A stretch of 9,651 nucleotides of DNA from Octopus sinensis (GCF_006345805.1 NW_021827890.1:1-9651), one strand, 5' to 3'. Positions 1 to 7,306 are shown, counted from the first letter of the stretch. Made by a program: numbers and translations. Notes: generated from the letters alone by a model not told the origin.

Positions 1-60
1 CTTTTCCATCAGGTGTTACTTGGTGTTTTGCTCATAAAACATTCTTCGAAATAATTACGA

Positions 61-120
61 AAAGAGAGAGAGAGAGTCTTGTTGAAAACATACACGCATG
101 CATGCATGCATACATGTATG

Positions 121-150
<30 letters not shown>
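61..150. repeat. Compound microsatellite (AG)n + (GCAT)n + (ATGT)n
   Basis: Direct reading: agagagag 63-76, gcatgcatgcat ~96-111, (atgt)n ~114-150. Confidence 0.95.
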
Positions 151-151
<1 letters not shown>

Positions 152-303
152 TTGGAATTTACGGAAAAAACGAAAGACGAAGACAGGTGTATGAACAACA
201 AACGAGGGTATTAGCTTGACGTTCGGGAGGGTGAGTAAGATTTTATGTTTCGAGCCTATGCTCTTCAACAGAAAGGGACACAAGGAAATAAACAGAGAGA
301 GAA
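151..303 (-). mobile_element. Probable Penelope-like element terminal-repeat fragment with a degenerate hammerhead motif
   Basis: The minus strand reads ...ccctttctgttgaagagcataggctcgaaacataaaa..., the same core-A-stemII-GAAAC layout as 9053-9087. The flanks are pyrimidine-rich. Family assignment relies on the known association of such motifs with PLE termini and on recalled octopus repeats. Confidence 0.45.
241..274 (-). ncRNA. Degenerate minimal hammerhead-ribozyme-like motif
   Basis: RNA: UUU CUGUUGA A GAGC-AUAG-GCUC GAAA C AU A AAA. Stem II is a perfect 4 bp and stem I is 3 bp (UUU/AAA). The core has A6->U, and the stem III palindrome is broken (ACAU instead of ACGU). Confidence 0.4.
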
Positions 304-346
304 TTTTTTAAAAACTTTTGGCGTATGTATATCAGTCACACGCACG

Positions 347-371
347 TATATATATATATATATATATAGTG

Positions 372-432
<61 letters not shown>
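347..432. repeat. (TA)n followed by ~22 (TAG) units; the (TAG)n is the (CTA)n 3' tail of the RTE LINE
   Basis: (TA)n 347-368 and (TAG)n 367-432 with one TGG variant. The array directly abuts the RTE 3' end on the minus strand (...gacggatgcc-tactactact). Confidence 0.9.
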
Positions 433-497
433 GCATCCGTCGATCTCGAGAGGCCATGGATCGGTTCCCGAAGAAATCGTGTCTGCTGCCGATGATG

Positions 498-738
498 TAG
501 GGATGACCAACTTTTCGTCAACTGGGGGCCGCATCGTACCCTTTTCTGGTGGGAGAGGGCCGCATGATAAAGCACATACGCATGGAATATTACTTGCCCA
601 CTTTGCACTGAAGCAGAGAGGGATGATGAAAGTAAATACAAAATTAAAGCGCTTGTTTAAGAGGTGAGAGACGATAATGTTAATAATTGGAAAAATTTAG
701 TTATATTTTTCTCTTGTAAACGTGTTGAGGGCTGCATG
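498..738. mobile_element. ~235-bp insertion in the RTE 3' end, possibly a hAT(Charlie)-like MITE remnant
   Basis: Removing 501-735 rejoins the RTE frame (GLY-TIGSRHDFFGNR-SMASRDRRMP). It is flanked by atgatgtag (492-500) and atggtgtag (736-744). The start tagggatgaccaactttt resembles hAT termini (CAGGG.TG.CCAA.CTTTT). Repeated gggccgcat motifs occur at 526-534, 555-566 and 727-738. No intact right TIR is present. Confidence 0.45.
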
Positions 739-1420
739 GTGTAGAGGCCCACACGAGAGTGACAGTCACATACATAGCGATTGCATTTGAAGGGGCTCTC
801 TGCCGGCACTTCTTGTTTGGTTGCGAGTTCCTGTTATTTTTTCCATCGTTTCATTCCCTTTCACAGTATTTGTCAGCATCAAAGGCGATCTTTTGCGACC
901 TTCTCCCATCTCAAGACGCCCAGATCAAGCGACTTAATATCCCTCCCACAGATGTCCTTGAAACGAAGATGATGTCGTCCTGGTGCTCTTGTGCAGGTAG
1001 CCAGTCACCCATACAGGACTTCTTTTGGGATCCTGCCGTCCGGCATGCGATGTACATGGCCGAGCCAGTGCAAAGGACGCTGCTGGAGCAGGGTGAGTAT
1101 ACCAGGCATCTTGGATCGGTTGAGGACTTCGGTGTTGGTGATTTGATCGGGCTACTTGATATCCAAGAAGCATCTCAAATTACGAAGGTGGAAGACGTTG
1201 AGACGCCGCTCCCGTCTTGAGTAGAGGCTCCACGTCTCATCGCCGTAAAATAGCGTACTAAGGACACACGCCCTATAAACAACAATTTTGGTGTTTGTAG
1301 CCAGTTTTCTGTTTGTGACCCTGGCAAATGTGGAGGATGCTTATCCAATTCGCCAGTTGATCTCAGGGTCTAGGAGGGGTAGCCAGCGATGGTAAAGTGG
1401 AGGTAGGTGAATTCATGCAT

Positions 1421-1840
1421 TACCTATTTCTTTACTACCCACAAGGGGCTAAACACAGAAGGGACAAACAAGGACAGACAGAGGGATTAAGTCGATTTAT
1501 ATTGACCCCAGTGCGTAACTGGTACTTATTTAATCGACTCCGAAAGGATGAAAGACAAAGTCGACCTCGGCGGAATTTGAACTCAGAACGTAGCGGCAGA
1601 CGAAATACCTATTTCTTTATTACCCACAAGGGGCTAAACACAGAGGGGACAAACAGGGACAGACATAGGTATTAAGTCGATTACATCAACCCCAGTGCGT
1701 AACTGGTACTTAATTTATCGACTGGGAAAGGATGAAAGGCAAAGTCGACCTCGGCGGAATTTGAACTCACAACGTAACGCAGACGACATACCGCTAAGCA
1801 TTTCGCCCGGCGTGCTAACGTTTCTGCCAAATCGCCGGCT
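1421..1840 (-). mobile_element. tRNA-derived SINE (family 1), head plus two tandem ~185-bp bodies, inserted in the RTE with TSD ttcatgcattacc
   Basis: A-box-like tggcagaaacgttag at 1829-1815; B-box gagttcaaattcc at 1768-1756 and 1584-1572. Units 1421-1605 and 1606-1788 are about 90% identical by hand count. A 13-bp direct repeat lies at 1412-1424 and 1841-1853. The central segment gcctttcatcctttc..gtcgat..aagtaccag resembles, from memory, the Meta/MESC-type SINE domain. Confidence 0.9.
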
Positions 1841-2016
1841 TTCATGCATTACCGTTCATGCTTGTAGCCGTTGATGGTGATTTTGGAGAGGTGGTGCTTG
1901 GTACCTTGGTCCTCGTCAGAATGTCAGTCAGGCTGAATTCTTGAAGGGCTTTTGAAGGTTTGTCCATAAGCTGTTGCATTTTCACCTCAGAGTGCGCTGT
2001 ACTCTTCTCCAAAGAG

Positions 2017-2172
2017 TACAACGTGCTTCTTTTAGTTTCCATCTACCCAATCTCTTCACTTGTGTTAGATTACCCCGAGTCTATTGTAGAAGACACTTGC
2101 TAAGGTGCGATGCAGTGAGACTGAGCCCAGAACCATGTGATTGGGAAACAAATTTCTTACCACACAGCCACA
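2017..2172 (-). mobile_element. Diverged 5' part of tRNA-derived SINE family 2 (head + CORE-like segment)
   Basis: Aligns by eye to 3263-3417: tggctgtgtggtaag head, gggctcagtctc B-box variant, gcaagtgtcttctac, ggaaactaaaagaagc. Confidence 0.8.
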
Positions 2173-2230
2173 CACACACATACACACACAAGCCTACATA
2201 AACACACACTTTAGACTTTTCAATACATCC

Positions 2231-2890
2231 GCTGGCCATTTCCTAACCCTCCCTGCACACGTACTCTGTTCTTTCGATTTTCACTCTCTCGGAAATGATC
2301 CCTCCGGAATTAGCTTTTCCCTAACTATATCCACATTGTACACGCCCTCTCACAAGAACTGCTAGTTTCACTAGCTCTATCTAATTTACAAACATGCACA
2401 CACTAAAAGCAAGACACAGTATTGCACACGCATTCTACCCTCAACAACAAACAACATCACATTGTCGGTTTTTTATCCACACACATAGATCCGCACAACC
2501 CACTGAAGCCTACTCACTGTCATTCACAAAGCAAGCATACAACATGCCTGGAATCAAGTATACAGCTGCTCTTGATGAACCATCTGCACACACGCTCACA
2601 TGTCTGTTTCTAACTCCAGTTCATAGGGCATCATTGCCCGGTGATATAACTCGTCATTTTCTTTAAGCCTTCTACTTTATATCAATTTTTCTTCACTACA
2701 TACTCTGTCTGTTTCTCTCTCTTCTCTCTCTACCTCTTTCTTCCTCTCATTTGCCATGCTTCTCTCATATTCCCTTTCGTCTAAGAAGACAGACTAACGC
2801 CCGAAACGTTATATTCATTCAATTCTCCTTTCACGCTAATACATTATCAAGCTCTTTCTCGTTCAGTGTTGCTTTTCAACGGTTTTCTAC
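2231..2890 (+). mobile_element. Possible highly decayed Penelope-like 3' region
   Basis: Frame 2231-2320 gives AGHF.LP.H and FHSLGNDPSGISFS, loosely like the C-terminus of a PLE GIY-YIG domain (ARHFN..H...F.LGTL.P.G.N..FS). A CT-rich tract (2700-2780) and a decayed hammerhead-like string ctaagaag...cccgaaacgtt (2781-2810) follow. Weak similarity only. Confidence 0.25.
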
Positions 2891-2990
2891 ATTTTATGTA
2901 TAGAAAGATATATACACACATGTATATTCATGAGCCTGCATCAATGTATGTAACTATGGCACGTATGTATATATATGTGGACATATATTA

Positions 2991-3221
2991 CTCTCTTTTT
3001 ACTCTTTTACTTGTTTCAGTCATTTGACTGTGGCCATGCTGGAGCACCGCCTTTAGTCGAGCAAATCTACTCCAGGACTTATTCTTTGTAAGCCTAGTAC
3101 TTATTCTATCGGTCTCTTTTGCCGAACCGCTAGGTTACTGGGACGTAAACACACCAGCATCGGTTGACAAGCGATGTTGGGGGGACAAACACAGACACAC
3201 AAACATACACATACACACACT

Positions 3222-3261
<40 letters not shown>

Positions 3262-3427
3262 TGCGACGGGCTTCTTTCAGTTTCCGTCAACCAAATCCAC
3301 TCACTAGGCTTTGGTCGGCCCGAGGCTATAGTAGAAGAAACTTGCCCAAGTTGCCATGCAGTGGGACTGAACCCGGAACCATGTGGTTCGTAAGCAAGCT
3401 GCTTACCACACAGCCACTCCTACGCCT
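2991..3427 (-). mobile_element. Near full-length tRNA-derived SINE family 2 (CORE-like; octopus OR-type by inference)
   Basis: A box tggctgtgtgg at 3416-3406; B box ggttcagtcc at 3373-3364. These are followed by ggcaacttgggcaagtttctt (CORE-like), an internal (TA)n/(TG)n at ~3190-3262, a 3' body and an aagagtaaaagagt tail. It is colinear with 5083-5472. Confidence 0.9.
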
Positions 3428-3712
3428 TACATGAATATATATACATATGTACATATGGGTGTGAGTGTGTGTGTGAATATTAGTGAATCTTAACTCACTG
3501 CCGTATATGACCACCTTTTCGTATTCCCCTTTTAAGATAATGTTCCTCCTTGCTATGGTGGGCCCTACATCTTCAGGTAATCACATAAACATACTCCAGA
3601 AGAGCAAAAACAAGACAGCATTTTGAACTTCGGTGGGGGACAAAGCTACAGCGGTTTGGTGTGTACTGCGACTGCTAACCATCTGTACAATCAAGTCCAA
3701 GTACCATCATGA

Positions 3713-3835
3713 TTAAAGAATGCTACGGATATGGCGATATTTCCTTGCGACAGGTGTACGTGTTTCGCTGATTGCCGAAACGAAAAGTGGAGCTGATTGT
3801 TTCGTGTTTCCGCGAAAATCGTGTCTTGACTTGCT
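3713..3835 (-). CDS. Candidate terminal coding exon (SKSRHDFRGNTKQSAPLFVSAISETRTPVARKYRHIRSIL*) of an unknown gene
   Basis: Strong acceptor: a long (CT)n tract then ctccctttctag|AGC. All three minus frames are open for about 110 nt, so the frame is chosen only by phase with the candidate exon at 4799-4698. No homology recognised. Confidence 0.25.
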   Translation of the reverse strand, partial: SKSRHDFRGNTKQSAPLFVSAISETRTPVARKYRHIRSIL

Positions 3836-3840
3836 CTAGA

Positions 3841-4115
3841 AAGGGAGGGAGGGAGTGAACGAACGACAGAAAGAGAGAGAGAGAGAGAGAAGGAGAAAGA
3901 AAGTGAGAGAGAGAAAGGAAACGAGCTAGAGAGTGAGAAAGAGGAGAAAGAGATAGGGAGATAGAGATAGACTCCTGTATTCGGTAGGTACTTATTTTAT
4001 AGGTAGATAGACAGAGAGAGACAGAGAGACAGAGAGGGAAACAGACAGACAGGCAGACAGAGACAGATAGATAGAGACAGACAGACAGACAGACAGACAG
4101 AGGAAGAGAATGGGT
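3841..4115. repeat. Long purine-rich compound microsatellite (AG)n/(AGAC)n/(AGAT)n
   Basis: Direct reading; interrupted at ~3973-4000. Confidence 0.9.
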
Positions 4116-4228
4116 GATAGAGATTGGTAGACAGAGCATAACCGCGGGAGGAAATTTGCTCGAAGTCCGAAATTTTTTACAAGTAAAGTCAATTTGTTTC
4201 AGTCTTGATATCAAAACAAACAGAAGTA

Positions 4229-4413
4229 TAATAAAAAATTTCAAATTTTGATACAAGGCCAGCAATTTCCGGTAGGAGGTAAGAAGTCGAATACATCGAC
4301 CCCATTGCATAACTGGTATTTATGTAATCGACCCCGAAAGGTTGAAAGCAAAGTCGACCACAAGCATAATTTGAACTCAGAACGTAAAGACATACAGCTA
4401 AACATTTTGGCCG
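4229..4413 (-). mobile_element. 5'-truncated SINE family 1 copy (variant 3' end ...aaattgctggccttgtatcaaaatttga)
   Basis: Aligns to 1480-1600 and 1670-1810 (gtcga..acatcgacccc..aactggta..atcgaccccgaaagg..aaagtcgacc..atttgaactcagaacgta). The A box is missing. Confidence 0.85.
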
Positions 4414-4424
4414 TCGCTACGTTC

Positions 4425-4578
4425 TGGCGAAATGCTTACGGCATTTTGCTCATCGCTACGTTCAAATTCCACTGGGGTCGGCTTTGCCTTTCATCTTTTA
4501 GGGGTCGATTAAATAAATACCAGTTCAACGCAGGGGTCGATGTAATTGATAGTATCATCTCCTCCCCCAAAATAGCAG
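4425..4578 (+). mobile_element. 5'-truncated SINE family 1 copy in opposite orientation, with (ATT)n tail
   Basis: ggcgaaatgctta..gttcaaattcc..ggtcggctttgcctttcatc..ggggtcgattaaataaataccagtt..ggggtcgatgtaat matches the reverse complement of the 1421-1840 element. Confidence 0.85.
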
Positions 4579-4592
4579 TATTATTATTATTA

Positions 4593-4633
<41 letters not shown>
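4579..4633. repeat. (ATT)n microsatellite, tail of the SINE at 4425-4578
   Basis: Direct reading; one ATC variant. Confidence 0.95.
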
Positions 4634-4697
4634 ACATATTAGTTGAATTTAACAATGGAAAACTAATATTTCAAATCAGTCAAAAAATGTTTCTAAC

Positions 4698-4799
4698 CTC
4701 ATTCGTTTTGTCGATGGCGTTCTTCAAGAATATGCTTAAAGCACTTTCATTGCCCCATCGTCCAAATGTCAGTGGTTGAGCTTGCATATCTTGCAAACC
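4698..4799 (-). CDS. Candidate 102-nt phase 0-0 exon (GLQDMQAQPLTFGRWGNESALSIFLKNAIDKTNE)
   Basis: CT-rich tract at 4840-4812, acceptor aaacag|GGT, donor GAG|gttaga. Only the phase-0 frame is stop-free. The sequence is unique and non-repetitive. No homology recognised. Confidence 0.35.
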
Positions 4800-5032
4800 C
4801 TGTTTCCGACACAATGGACAGAGAGATACGAGAGAGATGGAGCGTAAAATATTCCTTGCACATGAAACGTTACATTGTCAAAGGCTGGTGTCTCGGGAAT
4901 GGCACTGTCTTTAAATGTTTAAAGATCTAAAAGGACACGATATAATTGCCATAAGAAAAAAAGAAATAGCTTTTGAGACAGCGTGGAGTACCTTCTAACC
5001 AAAACGGAACGAAGTAAAACACGAGTGACCGG

Positions 5033-6022
5033 GAGTTACGAAAGTTAACGCAAATTCCTGACATGTTTTTCTCTATTTGCATCTCTTTTACTCTTTCACT
5101 TGTTTCAGTCATGTGACTGTGGCCATGCTGTTGCACCGCCTTTAGCAGACTTATTCCTTGTAAGCCTAGTACTTATTCTATCAGTCTCTTTTGCCGAACC
5201 GCTAAGTTACGGGGATGTAAACACACCAGCATCGGTTGTCAAGCGATGTTGGGGGGACAAACACAGATACACAAACATATACACACACATACATATATCT
5301 ATATATACATATATACGACGAGATTCTTTCAATTTCCGTCTACCAATGGCTTTGGTCGTCCCAAGGCTATAGTAGAAGTCACTTGCCCAAGGTACCACGC
5401 AGTGAGACTGAACCCTGAACAATGTGGTTCGCAAGCAAGCTACTTACCACACAGCCACTCCTACTCCTACGCATCTGTGACTAAATTGACATTATGAATT
5501 TAAGTGGGTTGTAGCAATGGCCAAAAGGTATTTTGGGGACTCGATGGCAAGAATTGGATAGTTCTGACCCAGAGATGACCACAGTCAACAGCATCTCTGA
5601 TCATAGATGTGGTCGGTCAGGAGTGATCTAGGGTTAAACCGCAACATCTACGTTTCTTTCTGTCTCTTCTTCACCTCTTGCTCTAACTTGGCAGCCAAAA
5701 CAGAACTAAATAAAACCATGGAATGTTCCCATGAATAAAAGGAAGTGGAAAAGAGTTCTTCAGAAGAGTTACGGAAGTTAGCGCAAATTCCCATAATTCT
5801 TCACAGCATTTCTATGCAGCTGAAACCCAAAATGGGTTTATGTATTTCGCTGGATTAAACCTGGGGTCAAAAAGTATTTGGGGACATGTTTGCAAGTATT
5901 GACTAGTTTTGACCAGACGCCATCATAACTTCAACATCTGAGACTGTAGACCAAGTCGATCAGGATTGACCTAGGGTTAAAAAAACAACTTTGTTCCTTC
6001 TACTCTTCCTTCACCTCTTGCT
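5033..6022. repeat. Ancient ~340-bp tandem duplication; first unit split by the SINE at 5083-5472
   Basis: 5033-5058 vs 5766-5791 (24/26); 5612-5638 vs 5955-5981 (24/27); 5670-5682 = 6010-6022; 5523-5570 aligns with 5869-5914. Confidence 0.8.
5083..5472 (-). mobile_element. Near full-length SINE family 2 copy with two small internal deletions and a probable 6-bp TSD (gcatct)
   Basis: Colinear with 2991-3427, lacking about 17 nt after gcctttag and about 11 nt after accaa. gcatct occurs at 5079-5084 and 5471-5476. Confidence 0.9.
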
Positions 6023-6091
6023 GTTGAGAGGAGGAAGAGGTTGGACTCCTCATTCGACTCGGCTTGTCAAATTCACTATAATTATTTACAC
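6015..6091 (-). CDS. Candidate 77-nt phase 1-0 exon ((G)VNNYSEFDKPSRMRSPTSSSSQQQE), or a terminal exon continuing VKEE*
   Basis: Long (CT)n tract then tttacaagcag|GT; only one frame is open. The donor GAG|gtgaag is weak. Confidence 0.3.
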
Positions 6092-6099
6092 CTGCTTGT

Positions 6100-6292
6100 A
6101 AAGAGAGAGAGAGAGAGAGAGGGGGAGAGAGAGTAAGAGAAAGAGACAGTAGATAGACAGGCAAAAATGGAGACAAAGAGAGTAAGGGTGGAAGGGCAGA
6201 GGAGAGGGAAGAGGCGCAGGTGTGTATGTATGTATGTTTCCATGTAGGAATAGACACACACATATACATATACATACACACACAGAGACATT

Positions 6293-6340
<48 letters not shown>

Positions 6341-6395
6341 ACATATATACATACATATATGTATGTATAGACATATGTGTGTGTGCATGTAAACA
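6100..6395. repeat. Purine-rich (AG)n tract followed by (TATG)/(CA)/(TA)n compound microsatellite
   Basis: Direct reading. Confidence 0.9.
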
Positions 6396-6459
6396 TATAA
6401 ACACCATTTCCGGTGGTAAGGAAATGGACGATGGTGGAGGTAATGGTGAGGGAGCAAGG

Positions 6460-6535
6460 TGTTGCTATTTAACCCCAGGTCAGCCTTTCATAAACAGACC
6501 ACTGATCAAAAGGATTCCATTCACGACCTTCTCGC
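6460..6535 (+). mobile_element. Diverged dispersed-repeat fragment, inverted homolog of 5575-5647 / 5915-5990
   Basis: tgttgctatttaaccccaggtca (6460-6482) matches the reverse complement of 5625-5647, tgttgcggtttaaccctagatca (19/23), with weaker similarity beyond. Confidence 0.55.
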
Positions 6536-6691
6536 ATCTAGGACTGCGTCATCCGATGTGTCCACCTGTTATGCAGCCGATACGAATCAAAGGTATGATT
6601 TGAAAGAGATGTAGCTGCTGTTTCTCACAAATCGGGTGCTCGCAAGAAAGCTCCTTCTTTCATTGATCCGAAACTGTGGTTAATAACGATA

Positions 6692-6800
6692 GTGATGGTG
6701 GTGTCAGTGGTGATGATGGTGGCGGTGCGTGTGATTTGATGGTGTTTGTGGTGGTGGTGTTTGTGGTGTGGTGATAGTGTTGTAGTTCTGGTTGTGGTAA
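6692..6800. repeat. Degenerate (GGT/GAT)n low-complexity tract
   Basis: Direct reading. Confidence 0.8.
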
Positions 6801-6899
6801 GAGGTGGCGCTGCGTACGGTAGCAGTTTCTGCGGTTGTGGATTTACAGTATCAATAGAAGAGATATTCGGCGGTGGGCGTGAGATCCTTTAAGTGCGTG

Positions 6900-6923
6900 C
6901 ATGCGAGTATATGTGTGTGTATT

Positions 6924-6954
<31 letters not shown>

Positions 6955-7249
6955 GTATATATATGTATGTATGTGTGTATGTATGTATATATATACATAT
7001 ATATAGAGTAGATGAAACCATGGCGACTGAAGAAGGGGAATTTTCCTTGTGTTGTATGTCCTGTACTCTATTTTTTTGTTGTTTAAGAAAAATGTCCAGT
7101 TCCTTGTTTTTGTGTTTATGTTTTCGTTCCTCATTGTGTTCGGCGTTTTTTTTTTTGTGTCCTGTACCCTTATATGCGTGTATATATACATGTAGAGGTA
7201 GGTACGTACATATATGTATATATATATATATATGCATATGCTTTATTTA

Positions 7250-7306
<57 letters not shown>

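Larger units (their letters stand above)
432..2000 (-). mobile_element. Decayed, 5'-truncated RTE-clade non-LTR retrotransposon (end of RT, C-terminal region and 3' end), interrupted by two insertions
   Basis: Manual minus-strand translation: TAHSEVKMQQLMDKPSKALQEFSLT..TKV (2000-1890), KITINGYK, HEFTYL, LDPEINWRIG*ASSTFAR, TKIVVYRACVLSTLFYGDETWSLYSRRERRLNVFHLRNLRCFLDIK*PDQITNTEVL, LLQQRPLHWLGHVHRMPDGRIPKEVLYG*LATCTRAPGRHHLRFKDICGRDIKSL, WEKVAKDR, FKCNRYVCDCHSRVGLY (791-741), SMASRDRRMP + (CTA)n. These match typical RTE/BovB-like ORF motifs. There are at least 7 in-frame stops in the otherwise unshifted frame 1380-741, with frameshifts near 1390 and 1850-1900. Confidence 0.9.

Noticed and set aside
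245-667. ORFs with poly-Ser/Val/Leu/Tyr runs (245-667, 265-534, 318-500, 336-641)
   Set aside because: They are translations of the (TA)n/(TAG)n microsatellites and the RTE tail, not genes.
759-1220. 153-aa plus-strand ORF
   Set aside because: It is antisense to the RTE coding frame, whose motifs are on the minus strand; it has no ATG start and no recognisable domain.
1397-1675. ORFs over SINEs (also 3174-3434, 4248-4634, 5100-5497, 8025-8321)
   Set aside because: They lie within non-coding SINE copies.
1421-1788. Direct repeats as a possible CRISPR array or LTR pair
   Set aside because: They are adjacent 185-bp SINE bodies with no spacers, no TG...CA ends and no internal domain.
3360-3427. 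tRNA-like sequences with A/B boxes (also 1756-1830, 5400-5460, 8180-8235)
   Set aside because: They are SINE heads attached to repeated bodies; no complete cloverleaf with an acceptor stem is evident.
3537-3576. Plus-strand 40-nt mini-exon (ttttaag|ATA...TTCAG|gtaatc)
   Set aside because: Splice signals are reasonable, but no partner plus-strand exons were found and the length is frame-shifting.
3759-3818. CpG-rich patch with repeated cgtgtttc/gctgattg and an E2F-like tttcgcgg
   Set aside because: Short motifs occur by chance, there is no TSS evidence, and the CpG content is equally explained by the candidate exon.
3723-4310. 195-aa minus ORF and the similar 6000-6407 ORF
   Set aside because: Mostly (CT)n/(TA)n low-complexity translation; only the short post-acceptor ends were kept as candidate exons.
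4864-4871. GAAACGTT, like the 3' half of a hammerhead
   Set aside because: No CUGANGA-like core or stem II upstream.
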